NCBI RefSeq assembly: GCF_000372725.1
Contig: NW_005201349.1
Location: 202,323 to 248,789, forward strand
Reading direction: 5' to 3'
Source: Emiliania huxleyi CCMP1516
Taxonomy: Eukaryota
DNA length: 46,467 nucleotides
Shown: in pieces, positions 29,700 to 42,433 of the stretch
How positions within the stretch are numbered: the first letter of the stretch is position 1
Layout of the letters: each line of letters begins with the position of its first letter
Notes under the pieces: generated by a model
Seen by the model: the letters and a program-made list of their open reading frames with translations, nothing else
What the model was told of the DNA's origin: nothing
Databases searched by the model: none
Made by a program: the position numbers and the translations under genes

Positions 29700-31070
29700 A
29701 GGTGCGTTCTACAATACATAATGGAGAAGTCAAGGGGTCCCAAATCCAATCCATGTCAAGCTCAAAGTCAAAGTACTGAACCTGCAAGACGGCCCAATAG
29801 TCACAAACAAAGGCAATTAGCCTCGACAAACAAAGACGGGCCCAGCCCCATCGCTAAAAGAAAAGTTTGAACCAGCACGAGTATACACCTACCTGGACGA
29901 AGAAGACACAGTAGCGAACAACCACAAGTACTTGGTGCGAACCCTCAAAAAAGAATGCTGGTCAATGGTACGAAGAATACTGGCTAGCCGAACAAGAAAT
30001 AACTAAGGACGGATTCCTCAGACACAACCCACTACCAGCCCTACAGTGGGGACAAGGCTACAAAGAGAGCAAGGAGCTAGGAGGTGGCCTGGCCACACCC
30101 AGAGACATACACATTCGACGAGATCGACAAACCTCTTGATAAGATAAGCGTCGGCGACATCACAAAGTATCTGAGCAGAAAGGGCATGACCCAACCCAGG
30201 ATCCTCAGAAACTGGGAGAAGGACTTACTACAGAATCCAGGATGGATAAGAGAGGGAGGAAGAGATTCAAGGGCACGAGTACAGCGACCCGACAGACCGC
30301 ACGACAGCTCTTCAAGATTCCGCCACAAAGTTGAGACAAGCAACAAAATAATCCACCCCCAAGAGTGGATTCACGCTGCAAGAGCAATACACAGCACTCT
30401 AGTTCCGCCCACAATCACCGACAACTACTGCAGACATATCCTCCACAGGAAGCTGGTCCTCCGGAGGCAGCTCAAGGAGTACGGACTAGACACCACAACA
30501 CACACGAGGTGCAGGCTTTGTAACAAAACCTCCGAAACGTTGCGACACCTCGACATATGCCCGGTCGTCCGGGCCGTCTTTGCGCAAGGAGAGTCACTAA
30601 GCATACAACCGCCGAGATTACTCACCATCATCGGAACCTCGGCGGACACGCCGGAGGTCCACAACGCACTTCATCTACACATGTGGAATCAAATAATAGT
30701 CTCCTTCTATGAGGAGGAAGAAATCAAACCCGAACAAACCTGGAAGGCGGTCCTGAACCTATTAGTGAGAAACATGCAAGCTTACTCGGGAGAGGCCAAA
30801 ACTAGGCTCCGACGAATACGACGCAAGAGCGACCGAGTCAGCGACTCGACCATGAAAGAAATCAGCAACAAAGTGGAACCAACCCATGGGGACGATTGAC
30901 TACTACGGCAGACTACGACTGAGCAGGCGAGTGAATGACGAACTAAGGAGAGTGGGACTCGACCACCTCACCACAGAAGAGGCGACGGCTCACACACGAG
31001 AGATCAAGTTTGTCAAGGCATCACAAGCTAGCACATCGAGTACCTAAAAGACTTAAAGGCACCACACACT
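29700..31070 (+). mobile_element. Degenerate 3' part of a non-LTR retrotransposon ORF2 (L1/Tx1-like C-terminal zinc-binding region)
   Basis: A/C-rich block unlike host genes. ORF 30084-30899 has ILHRKL..CRLCNKTSETLRHLDICP (CxxC..E...HL..C) and flanking frames contain stops. Boundaries approximate. Confidence 0.7.
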
Positions 31071-31695
31071 ACAAGGAACGCGGCTGAGCTGACTCCCTGT
31101 AGGGGGCGCCTCGGTGAACCAGGGACTAGGATCTCGCGCAGACGACACAGGGCGTGCTGCGCCCCGCGCGATCCCTGGCACAGAGGAGGCTGAGCCGCCG
31201 AACTTAGGATGCCTGCAAAGGCTGGCGAAAGCCGGCGACCCACGCCCACAACTCATACACAGTACAACCAGCCACCATGCCCCGATAGGCCCCACCACCC
31301 CCCACCCCCAGGCAATGTAGTGCACATGTCTAGTCCGGAGAGGACAGGGGGGGGGAGGCGAGGGGGGGTAGGGGATAGCACTGTGCCGAGTATTTTGGGT
31401 TAAAGCAATTTTTTCCCCCAAATCCAATCCGGAACTCAAAAATTATGCTCAAAAATTATGTGGCCGCTGCGCCCGGCGCGAGAGAGAGTGAGAGCGCCGC
31501 AGTAAGATACGGCTTTCGCGGGAGACACACAGCACAATCGCCTTCGCCAGTGCGTGTGTGAGCAAGTGAGAAATGTGAGGACTGCGGACATAGACCATGT
31601 AGAGTCTAGACCCGAGGACAATGCAGGACATAGAGCATGCGACGTGCCTACACGGCGCGTGCACGGCGAGGACACGCGACTGTTCTTCAAGCGTG

Positions 31696-32597
<902 letters not shown>

Positions 32598-32599
32598 CT

Positions 32600-33206
32600 A
32601 GGGCATTCTCAGAGCCTGTGACGACGCCGTCGCCGTCGCGGTCGAGCAGGTGAGCAGACTGCCCTGGCTCCTCATCCTTCTGCGACTCGTCTTGCCGCCG
32701 CCGCTGCCACGGTCGTTGCCGACGCCCCTTCTCCGACGGGTCAGTCGACGCCTCGCTGCGCGCTGACCCTGGGGAGGAATAGCTGCGAGGGGAGTTGCTC
32801 CTCGACCTCGAGAAGCGCCCCTTCCCGAAGACGGTGCGGGACTTTCCGAGCGCTTTGATCTCGTTGACCGTCTTCCCCTCCAAGACCTCCGCTCCCATGT
32901 CGAGGTTCATCTCTCTCTCCAGCTCCGCCTTCTCGAGGCGCGTGACGCGAGCGTAGTCCTCATCCGTCAGCGCTGCAGCCCGCGCCTCGTGCGCGTTCTC
33001 CGCGGACATCGCACACTCAAAGGACGCCCGTCTCTTCTCCTCCTCTGTGGTTGGTATTCTGCCTCTCTCCCCATCGTCCGTGGCTGGGCCGGACTCGCTC
33101 GCCGCTCCGACCTGTTCGACAGCCGCGATGCGAGCGTAGTCCTCCTCTGTCAGCGCTACCGCCCGGGCCTCGGCGGCATTCTCTGACGCAATCGCCCACT
33201 CAAAGT
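32600..33206 (-). repeat. Near-identical 607-bp inverted copy of 35923-36529 (EF-hand repeat coding sequence), abutting the gap
   Basis: Same translation except PWQRRR versus PWRRRR. Confidence 0.92.
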
Positions 33207-33306
33207 NNNNNNNNNNNNNNNNNNNNNNNNNNNNNNNNNNNNNNNNNNNNNNNNNNNNNNNNNNNNNNNNNNNNNNNNNNNNNNNNNNNNNNNNNNNNNN
33301 NNNNNN
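33207..33306. other. Assembly gap (100 N)
   Basis: Run of N. Confidence 1.
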
Positions 33307-33475
33307 CCCCAAAGGGTGTACGAGGGTAGTAGGAGGGGAGGGGAGGAGGGGAGGAGGGGAGGAGGGGAGGAGAGGAGGAGAGGAGGAGGAGGAGGATTAG
33401 GAGGAGAGGAGGAGGAGAGGAGAGGAGGAGGAGAGGAGAGAGAAGAGGCGAGGAGAGGAGGAGGCGAGTGCACAC

Positions 33476-33973
33476 CTCGTCCTCCCGCCTCTTTGCGTAC
33501 CGCCGTGCCCACTCCCGCCCGGCGGCCTGCTCGTCCGCGCCAGGCTCCGCCTCTTCTCTCAGCCGAAAGACGGGCTGTCGCTCCATCACCACCTCGCCCT
33601 CCGCCACATACACCTGCAGGACGACTCCGTCTGCTGGAGCCTTTATGTCGACGCTCACCTTGTCCGTCTCGACGACCGCAAGGACCTCATACTCCCTCAC
33701 CCTCGCGCCGCGAGCGCAGTGCAGCTCGGCGAGAGTGCCAAGCTCCGCGTCTGAGTGCTGGTCACCCCGCGGCCACTTTGGCGCGCAGATGTCACGCTCA
33801 CGGAAGCTCACGGAGGAGGCGGTGGCAGAGGAGGAGGCGGTGGCAGAGGCGGAGGCGGAGGCGGAGGTGGATGCTCTCGAGCAGCGTCTCCGCGATTGAG
33901 ACAGGAGAGAGACTCCGAGAGGCCGCGATTGGGCCGGGAGGCGTCGCAGCGTCGGCGAGGAGCTGAACCTCAT
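33476..33973 (-). CDS. First exon of a probably mitochondrial lipoyl/biotinyl-domain protein
   Basis: Arg/Ser-rich presequence MRFSSSPTLRRL.. followed by EVLAVVETDKVSVDIKAPADGVV (lipoyl-Lys ETDK motif). GT donor at 33475; the rest is obscured by the gap. Confidence 0.8.
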
Positions 33974-34109
33974 CGACAAGACCGGCCGGCGAGAATCCTG
34001 GCTTGCTAAATACGGCTTTTTCTTTCTTCGGATCGCTTGTATTGAGAGATAGCTGATTTTTCTTTCTTTCAAGAAATCAATCGCGCGCGCTGCTCACAAA
34101 AGAACAAGC

Positions 34110-35144
34110 ATGCTCTCCCCCGCCAACACAATGAGCGGAGCTCCGGACGAATCCACCGCCACGCCACCGCTGAGTGACTCGGAGGAGCGGCCCTTCAGCG
34201 AGGGCGAGGTGTCCGAGATGCTCGAGGCCGCCGAGGCGCTCGCCGAAAACAACGAGCTGCTGTACTCGGACGTGGACGCGCGGCAGGAGCTCCAGGAGCT
34301 GCTCGAAGAGCTGCGCGACCCACATTCTGAAAGGGACGTGCAGGAGCGGGGCCGCGTGCTGCTCGACCTCCTCGAGTGGCTGGAGTCGGGAGGCGAGGAG
34401 CTGGGGGCGGAGGGAGGGGAGGAGGGCTTGGCCGAGGGCGCGCCTCCTGGGCAGCAGCTGCGCCGCGTGGCCGCGGCGGGCGAGGAGCTGGCGGGCGAGC
34501 AGCCGCCCTATCTTGGCGAGCAGGCGCTGGCCGAGTTGTGGGTGGAGGTGGGCGAGTTGTGCAACGAGGCGGACCTGCCAGCGCTCGAGGACGAGCTCGA
34601 CGGCTTGCCGCCCGAAGAGCAGTGGGGCTCGCTGCTAGCGGTGCGCCGCTACTTGCTCGACGGGGAGGCCGAGGAGCAGCGGAGCTTTGAGTTGTGGCAG
34701 CCCAGCGGAGAGGAGTTGCTCGCAGTCTGGTCCGACTTGCTCGTCAAGGTGAGCGCCGAGGACGCCGCCGAGATGCGGACCCTGTGGGAGAAGGCGGACG
34801 GGGACGAGCGGCGCGCGCTCGCGTGGGACGTGCGCAGGTACGTCGCCGACCTCGAGGAGGAGGAGGAGGCGATGGCGGCCGAGCGGCGAGGGGCGGAGGA
34901 GTGGTCTCAGGGCGGCGGCGTGCGGCGGCGCGGCGGCGGCGCGGCGGGTGGCGTGGCGGCGGCCTGCGGCGAGGAGGAGGACGCAAAGGGCTACGCCAAG
35001 CGGGGACTCCGGGGCGGCTTGCTCGGCGACTCCGGGGCGAAGCAGCGGCGCCGCAGCTGGCTCGTCGCTGCGGTCGGCCTCTCTCTCGCCGCAGCCGCGG
35101 CGGGCCTCCTTGCGGCCGCCGCCGGCTGGCTCAGCCTGCCCTGA
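34110..35144 (+). CDS. Acidic helical protein with C-terminal transmembrane anchor, function unknown
   Basis: 344-aa ORF with host-like codon use and an internal repeat (L..VRRYL.D.E / AWDVRRYVADLE). It ends RRRSWLVAAVGLSLAAAAAGLLAAAAGWLSLP. Confidence 0.7.
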   Translation: MLSPANTMSGAPDESTATPPLSDSEERPFSEGEVSEMLEAAEALAENNELLYSDVDARQELQELLEELRDPHSERDVQERGRVLLDLLEWLESGGEELGAEGGEEGLAEGAPPGQQLRRVAAAGEELAGEQPPYLGEQALAELWVEVGELCNEADLPALEDELDGLPPEEQWGSLLAVRRYLLDGEAEEQRSFELWQPSGEELLAVWSDLLVKVSAEDAAEMRTLWEKADGDERRALAWDVRRYVADLEEEEEAMAAERRGAEEWSQGGGVRRRGGGAAGGVAAACGEEEDAKGYAKRGLRGGLLGDSGAKQRRRSWLVAAVGLSLAAAAAGLLAAAAGWLSLP

Positions 35145-35612
35145 GGCGCGGCGCGGCCGTGTCCCTTCGTACCCCAAGGGGTTCGCATCGCCCACAGCGC
35201 GATTTAGAACACGGCTCAAGCGGGCTCTTGAGTACGGCTCTATTGGATGACGCAAATCGGTCCACGGGACTGCTCTATGTTGTTGATATGCTAATGTGTT
35301 GCTGCTACGGGCGTGCCGGTAGTGACGCGTTCACATCGCGCTGTCGAGTGTCTCGCAACTCGCATTTATGCCATGAAGGCACCGTGGGTGGGCCTTTCCA
35401 CAACTGACATAATAACAAACCACATGCACATACTCCGATGCAACTCAGACGCAGACTATTCCCTGAGGCGGCGGCTCTCGCACGGCCACCAGCCACCACC
35501 ACGATCCCAAAGCCAAAAATGAAAAACCAAGCACGGAGAGACCACAACCGTCCACCGACCCACCGGACCAAGCTCCACAGCACAGACATGCACACCCTTG
35601 GCCCCTCGGCTA

Positions 35613-36839
35613 GGTGGCGGGGCGGCGGCGTCTGAGGCAGGTTCACAGACTGTAGCCGACACCAAGGAGGAGGAGAAGCGACGGGCGTACTTTGAGTGGG
35701 CGATATCGACCGGGAACGCGCACGAGGCGCGGGCCGTCGCGGTGACTGAGGAGGACTACGCTCGCATCGCGGTTCTGGAGCAGGGAAGCGGGATGCCGTC
35801 GGCTGGGGCCGACCCTGCTGCCACCACCGCTCCGTCCGGCGCTCACCCGCTCGACCGCGACGGCGACGGCGTCATCACAGGCTCTGAGAACGCCCTCGGC
35901 GATGAGGAGAAGCGACGGGCGTACTTTGAGTGGGCGATTGCGTCAGAGAATGCCGCCGAGGCCCGGGCGGTAGCGCTGACAGAGGAGGACTACGCTCGCA
36001 TCGCGGCTGTCGAACAGGTCGGAGCGGCGAGCGAGTCCGGCCCAGCCACGGACGATGGGGAGAGAGGCAGAATACCAACCACAGAGGAGGAGAAGAGACG
36101 GGCGTCCTTTGAGTGTGCGATGTCCGCGGAGAACGCGCACGAGGCGCGGGCTGCAGCGCTGACGGATGAGGACTACGCTCGCGTCACGCGCCTCGAGAAG
36201 GCGGAGCTGGAGAGAGAGATGAACCTCGACATGGGAGCGGAGGTCTTGGAGGGGAAGACGGTCAACGAGATCAAAGCGCTCGGAAAGTCCCGCACCGTCT
36301 TCGGGAAGGGGCGCTTCTCGAGGTCGAGGAGCAACTCCCCTCGCAGCTATTCCTCCCCAGGGTCAGCGCGCAGCGAGGCGTCGACTGACCCGTCGGAGAA
36401 GGGGCGTCGGCAACGACCGTGGCGGCGGCGGCGGCAAGACGAGTCGCAGAAGGATGAGGAGCCAGGGCAGTCTGCTCACCTGCTCGACCGCGACGGCGAC
36501 GGCGTCGTCACAGGCTCTGAGAATGCCCTCGGCGATGAGGAGAAGCGACGGGCGTACTTTGAGTGGGCGATCGCAGCGGGGAGCGCTACCGAGGCCCGGG
36601 CGGTAGCGCTGACGGAGGAGGACTACGCTCGCGTATCGGCGCTGGTGCAGGACAAGGTGGTGGCGGCCGAGACCATCGTCAGTGTCGCGGGAAGCCATGT
36701 CGACAGAGAGCCGGAGCGGAGGGAGGAAGGGGCGGCGGGGGAGCAGCACGGCGGAGGCGACGCTGCTGCTGCGCCGCCTCTCGCGCACACTGCATTACTG
36801 GATGAGGAGGCGGAGGTGTCAGAGGAGCTGGAAATCTAG
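35613..36839 (+). CDS. Acidic repeat protein with four EEKRRAYFEWAI modules and two EF-hand-like loops (5' end not found)
   Basis: Open frame 35598-36839 with DRDGDGVITGSE and DRDGDGVVTGSE. No in-frame ATG precedes the first module; there is a possible acceptor TAG at ~35612. Confidence 0.7.
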   Translation, partial: GGGAAASEAGSQTVADTKEEEKRRAYFEWAISTGNAHEARAVAVTEEDYARIAVLEQGSGMPSAGADPAATTAPSGAHPLDRDGDGVITGSENALGDEEKRRAYFEWAIASENAAEARAVALTEEDYARIAAVEQVGAASESGPATDDGERGRIPTTEEEKRRASFECAMSAENAHEARAAALTDEDYARVTRLEKAELEREMNLDMGAEVLEGKTVNEIKALGKSRTVFGKGRFSRSRSNSPRSYSSPGSARSEASTDPSEKGRRQRPWRRRRQDESQKDEEPGQSAHLLDRDGDGVVTGSENALGDEEKRRAYFEWAIAAGSATEARAVALTEEDYARVSALVQDKVVAAETIVSVAGSHVDREPERREEGAAGEQHGGGDAAAAPPLAHTALLDEEAEVSEELEI

Positions 36840-37453
36840 AGCGCGGGATCCGGGAATAGCCTCGCTCGGCTCTCGTCTCTCGAGCAGGCTTGACTCGAGA
36901 TATCGTCGAGCGAGACAGATACGAGAATCGAGCGATCGAAAGCCGAGACACCTGATTCCGGCGCCCCGCGAGGAACAGGAGTCTCTCTCAGGCCACCTGG
37001 ACCTGCACACCTGCCACCTCGGTCCTCTCGCATCTCGCTCGGGCCTCGGCTCTCGCCCCGCGGGCGCTCGTAGGTGCTAGGACCCTAGGTGTCGTGTGTA
37101 CGTCGTAGAGCTGCGCTAGCTCGTACGTTCAAGCAATGCCTCGAACCATGCATGCGCGTTCTGTCAAGTAGAGGTGTTATCTCGTCAACCATTTCAATGA
37201 TACAAAAGCATTCCACGCAGCGCTGCGGGCGAGCCTATCCTTCCCGTCTTCGCGCCGCGCCGCGCGCTCTCGCTCTCCCCCCCCCCCCCCCCCCCCCGTA
37301 CGCTCTGGCCTCTCTGCTCTCCATCTCTTTGCCGCGATCACGGTGCCACCGGCCCTCTCGCCGCACGGAGTTACGCTCTCCTCTCATCTCCAGGTGCATG
37401 TAGCACATCGCTGCATGCAGATACAAGCGTCCTGGAACCAGAAATCGCCCTCG

Positions 37454-38011
37454 TGCACCGCGTCGTGCACACACTTTAAGACTCAACGGCCCCCAGGAAC
37501 AAGGCGGATCTCTCACTCAAAGATCGTCTGCAGGCGCAGGCCTGGCGCCCTCCTGCTCATGCTGGCGCACAGTGAGCAAGGGAGCACAACACCGCGGGCT
37601 GAGCGTTGCCGCTGTCGTGGGGTACGCAGGCGCACAGCCTTGACGACGGGCAGTGAGACAGAGCTGCACTTGGCTTCCCGCGCAGTCCTGTCCTCGTCAA
37701 AGGAGAATTGGAGGTCCATGAGGCTGAGCCGCCAAGCAGCGCGAGACCTTGGTTGCTGAGCCGTCGTCCACGAGCTCGTTTTTTGCGCGATTTTTCTCAC
37801 GGCGTCTTAGACGCAGCAAAGAAAAAAACAGCCACTTAATCACTGGTCGCCATTGCACCGCGTCGTGCACACTCTCAAGACTTAACGGCCCAGTTACTGG
37901 CGGGCCCGTCAGTCTTGCAAGCAAACAAGGGGACTCTCTCACGCAAAGTTCGTCTGCAGGCGCTAAATACAGGCAAAACACTTAATACAGGCGCAGGCCT
38001 GGCGCCCTCCT
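37454..38011 (+). repeat. Diverged direct repeat pair (~37454-37553 and ~37854-38011)
   Basis: Shared TGCACCGCGTCGTGCACAC..AAGACT.AACGGCCC..TCGTCTGCAGGCGC..CAGGCCTGGCGCCCTCCT. Confidence 0.75.
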
Positions 38012-39033
38012 TCCTGCTTGTTGGTGCCCTCGTTTTTATTTGCTGTTATTGAGAGAGCTTTCGTTGTTAAGAGAGAGAGATTTTTGAAGACCAACAAGAA
38101 ATCACGACGGTCACAGAGATTTGGGCTCGGCAGCTTGTCAGCCCTCAGCCGAAGCTGGGGCCGGTCCCGTAGCCGAGAGAGCCCGCGCCGATGAGTTCGA
38201 CGCGGTTGGGGGGGACGAATGCCTGAAGGAGAGGGAGGCGAGGCCAGAGGCAGGCTCAGCTGCTCTCGGGTGATCTCGCTTTGGTGGCCGAAGGACCCGA
38301 TGGTCCTGTCACATTCGCGCTCCGAGTCGTGGGGGTAGAAGAATTCGAGTGGGCATCGAGTCAACACTTCCTTGTAGTACAGCGGACCGCCAGGCTCGCC
38401 GGCAGCATCCGCAGGGAGGCAGCATATGAGGCACCCGTCTTCTGGAGAGCTCAACAGCTGCGGCCGCGATGGCGGAGGTCGGCCGCGAGCGAGCAGCTTT
38501 TGGCTGCGGGATCGAATCGCGGAAGGCTCATGCCCTCGCGGAGCGACGCGGGTCGCGCGGCGCGCGCGTGTGCGAAATGCGACAACAGACGACAGACGAC
38601 AGACGACTGAGCGCTGTACGACTGAACGACCGTCGCCGCAATCGCCACCGCCGCTATTTTGACGAGCAGCGCGAGCGCGCTCGTCGGCGGCCAGCCGTCG
38701 CGGGCCGGGCCGAGCCCGGCCTCAACCGGCCGCGCCGCCGCAGCAGGCCGGGAGGCCCGAATGGCGGCCGACCAGCTGATAAGGATGTCTTCTCTTCGTT
38801 GTTAATACAAGCCAATGGTCCCTGGTAGCAGTCACTCGCACACACACGCCGCACTGCACCGCGCGCCCGCCCACCGCCCCGCCCAGGCGGGAAAGAGATG
38901 AGGAGATGGGACAGCGAAGGAGGAGCACAAACACGTATGGGAGGGTTCAGTTGTGCGCCACGCTGCCCGGCGTTTCTCACTTTCCGGGACAGCCCCGCCC
39001 TTTCGAGGCAGGAAGGTGACGACTACCCCATAC

Positions 39034-39098
39034 GTCCAGTCCGAGCCTGGCTGTTCTTCACCTTCCTACCTACCGTGTGTGTGTGCCTACCTACCTAC
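39034..39098 (+). mobile_element. Second 3' end of the (CTAC)n-tailed retroposon family
   Basis: GTCCAGTCCGAGCCTGGCTGTTCTTCACCTT is identical to 15007-15037 and is followed by CCTACCTAC repeats. Confidence 0.7.
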
Positions 39099-39253
39099 GC
39101 CCTGTTGCTTTACCCCATCGCCGACCGCCCACACCCCTCTCCTCGTTCCCCCCTCATCTTCTCCAACCTCGACGAGCCGACGATCCGCTGACATATGAGC
39201 ACGCTGATTTTTCTTTTTTCTTTCGCTTCCCGACGGGCTCACACGCTCGCAGC

Positions 39254-40243
39254 ATGCTGCAAGAGGAGGCCACGCGGATGCGAAAGGAGGGCCACTTTCG
39301 TGACGCCTCCCTTCAGTGGCGCGAAATGCAGTTCTGGCTCGAACAGTGTACCAACTACTCGCAGCAGGCCGCCATCATCCTCGGTTTTGCCTTTGCGTCC
39401 TTCAGCGCCGACAACCTCGGCGTGCTCCCGTGGTCAGACATGCCGCTCACCTCCGGAACATTTGTCGTCGCCTCGACGGTCGGGATGGTCTCAGCGCTTT
39501 CGGTGGTCGCGTTTGCATCGCACTTGATGCTCGCATCAGAGAGACTAGCAATGACGACCGCCGTAAAGGTGGCGGCGGTAGCGGTGCGCTCGCGCATGAG
39601 TCTCGTCGTCGTATGCTACATTATCTCGTTGCTGTCGCTCATCGTCGCGGCTATGTCGCTCCTCTTTACGATGTGCGACTACAAGGACGAGAACCACGGC
39701 GGCGACCGTGCCGAGGACGTGTGCAACCGCGCCGCCTCGGTCTCGGCGGCCGTCGTCGCCATCGCCATCGCAGGGAACTTCATCGCCGTCCGCAACACGC
39801 GGCGGATGGTGCGGCAGGCAAAGGGGCGAGACGGCAAGCGGCACAAGTCCTTTCATCTCTCGCGCATCGCCACGCAGGCTCATCCGTGCCCTGCCCCGAG
39901 CCCCGCGGTCTGTGACCATTCATTCGCACGTCTCGTTGACCCACCTCGCCACCTCACCACCTCGCCGCCTCTCACCACATCACTGACTGACTCCCAAACT
40001 CGCGACCCGTCCCCCGACACACGCAGCGGCAGCCTCACGTCCCGCCGCACCGCCGCACCGCCGCAGCTTCGCGAGCACCACGAGATCATCGGCGTGACGC
40101 GAAACTCGACCGGGCACAGCGACGCCGCGGGCAGCTCGTTCGAGGACGCGGCGGAGGTCTCCCCCTTCCGCTCGGGCGCGGCGCGGACGCTGCCGCAGCG
40201 GGAGGTTGCGGTGAGCCACGACAGCTACTACACGAGGTTTTGA
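39254..40243 (+). CDS. Four-TM membrane protein, Orai/PGG-like TM1
   Basis: N-terminal helix, then TNYSQQAAIILGFAFASF and three more hydrophobic segments. Probable GC-AG intron 39818-40066. Confidence 0.7.
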   Translation: MLQEEATRMRKEGHFRDASLQWREMQFWLEQCTNYSQQAAIILGFAFASFSADNLGVLPWSDMPLTSGTFVVASTVGMVSALSVVAFASHLMLASERLAMTTAVKVAAVAVRSRMSLVVVCYIISLLSLIVAAMSLLFTMCDYKDENHGGDRAEDVCNRAASVSAAVVAIAIAGNFIAVRNTRRMVRQAKGRDGKRHKSFHLSRIATQAHPCPAPSPAVCDHSFARLVDPPRHLTTSPPLTTSLTDSQTRDPSPDTRSGSLTSRRTAAPPQLREHHEIIGVTRNSTGHSDAAGSSFEDAAEVSPFRSGAARTLPQREVAVSHDSYYTRF

Positions 40244-40652
40244 GGGTGGGGTGCGGCATTGGGGGTGCGGTGGCGGGAGGGGGGGGGGAGGGGGCGTCGT
40301 GCGGTGAGAGAGTAGAGAGACGTGGTGGTTGCTCCGCCGCCAGAACCGCCGTTCTAACTGACCTTGGCTTTGCTCCTTGGAGCTAAACATGCGAGGGATC
40401 TCGAGAGAGGGGCCGCAGAGTAGAGGGTGGAGTACGCGGGTCAGCTATACCCAATACCGTAGCAGCGCCGACCGGGCGTGAACGACCGGCATGGCATCGA
40501 GTGCCGACACACACACACACACACGACTAGTCGCCGCCGCAAGGCTTAGGCGCCGGCGGGTACTTGACGAACCTGTTGCCGTCTGCGTCCTCGGTGGTGA
40601 GTCCGACCACGTGGCCCTCCCCGTCCTTACTGGTGCTGTCTCTTTTTTTGGC

Positions 40653-42433
40653 AGCGCGCCTCGGTGTTAGAGCGCGCGGCGCTCCAGCAGCGCTCTACAC
40701 CCATGAAAGCGGCCAGCTGCTCCTGCTCGACCCCCCGCTGCTTCGCCGACCCATCCTGCATGGATCAGTCCGTTGACGGCCTCGGCTGCGGCGCCGACGG
40801 CACCGCGACCTGTCGCTTCTGCGGGGACACTGCTGGAAAATTCCGAGCGTGCCCGTCGCCGCCGGCGCCGCCGCCCTTCGACTGCTCGGCCGTCGACCCA
40901 CACGAGTGCTCATGCGCCGCGCCGCAGCCGCTCTGCGCCTTTGACAGCACCTGCAGCCACGGCGGTCTCGGCTGCGGCGCCGACAGCAAGAAGTGTTGCC
41001 GCTTCTGCGGAACTCCTCCCTACGACCCATGCCCTCGCGACCCGCCGCCATTGCCGCCGCCGCCGCCGCCGCTTTTGCCGTTGCCGCCGCCGCCCACGCA
41101 GCTTCCGCCTTGGCCGCCGCCCCCTTCTTTGCCGCCGCCGCCGCCCCTTCCGCCCCGGTGGCCTGATTGGCCGCCGGGGCCGTCTTACCTTCGGATTCCG
41201 CGGCGGTTCTTTTCCCCTTCGCGGGTTGTTCCGCCCCCCGATAGCTCGTCCCTTGGAGGTTTCTCGTGGGCTGGAGGGGGGAAGGGAGGAGGCGAGGCGC
41301 CCCCAAAGTGCGTCTCCCCTTTTGAGGTGCACCGGATACTCCTCCTCCTTTGGGCCTCTCCGGTGGAGCCCCCCCCTTCCCCCCCCCCACGGCCCCTTTC
41401 AAAACACATTTTAAGGCCCCCCCCCCCCCCCCTCCCTCCCTCCGCACCTCCCCCTGCTCCCGCACTGGGCAGGACTCGTGGGCACCCAGCCGCGTCCTGC
41501 AGCGGGCGGCGGGCAAGGCGGCGGCGGAGGAGGAGGCGGCGGAGGCGGCGGTCGAGGCGGCGGAGGCGGCGGCCGAGGCGGCGGAGGCGGCGGCCGAGGC
41601 GGCGGAGGCGGCGTCCGAGGCGGCGGCGGAATCACAAGCGGCGGGCCGTCTCTCGAATGCCCAGGAGAGGGAAGGGGGGAGGGTGGCGGCGGCGGCGATA
41701 ATTGTGGCGGCGGCGGCGGAGCCGGAGGACTTGCTGCAGGGGGCGCTTCAGGTCCTCTCGCCGGGGGGGCGGGCGCCCCCCATTGTTGTACTATGTCGTA
41801 AAGCGCCGATGGTGATGTTGTTGAAGGTGCCGTCGCGGGGGGCGCCCACGACCCTCGACTATTGGGCAAAGGTCAAGGCGCCGGCATCTCCGCACACCTG
41901 TGCACCTCCTATGCATACTCCGCATCTCAGAGCTCCGCACCTCGGATCTCCAAACACACCCCACACTCCGCACCTCCGCATCGCTAGCATTCGATGGACT
42001 CGCTCCTCTCCGCTGCCGTGACTTGGGCGACTCTGCCGCTCCTAGGACGGAGTGAGCGGCGGGCTGCTGGCGGGCAATGGAGCGGGCGGCGCCTCGCCAC
42101 AGCCACCGCAGCAGGGGCTCGAGCCGCCTACCGCCGACACGGTCGGGGGCGGAACGAGGGTGGGCAGCGAGGTTGGCAGCGCGGCGGGCAGCGCGGCGGG
42201 CAGCGCGGCGGCGTCGAGCGCTTTCGGCCCCTCCGACGAGAGAGGGCTGTTGCAGCTATGCGCCCGGTGTCGCTTCACGCTTGCCTGCGCGACCCCATGT
42301 AGGCCTCTCTGACGAAGGCCCCACCCCGGCGTCACGCGCGCCGCGGGAGGCGCCCGTGTGGGACTCGGACTCGTTCGTGTCGTACAACCGTTCGGCGAGC
42401 CGACCAAAGGCGAAGCGCGTGTGGGAGTTTTGA
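40653..42433 (+). CDS. Cys-rich repeat / polyproline protein (putative surface protein), model uncertain
   Basis: Two C..D..C...GLGCGAD....CRFCG modules followed by polyproline. Sequence 41170-41460 looks low quality and downstream exons are unclear. Confidence 0.5.

Noticed and set aside
41170..41460. Coding continuation of the Cys/Pro-rich ORF
   Set aside because: Homopolymer-rich and garbled, likely an intron or low-quality sequence.
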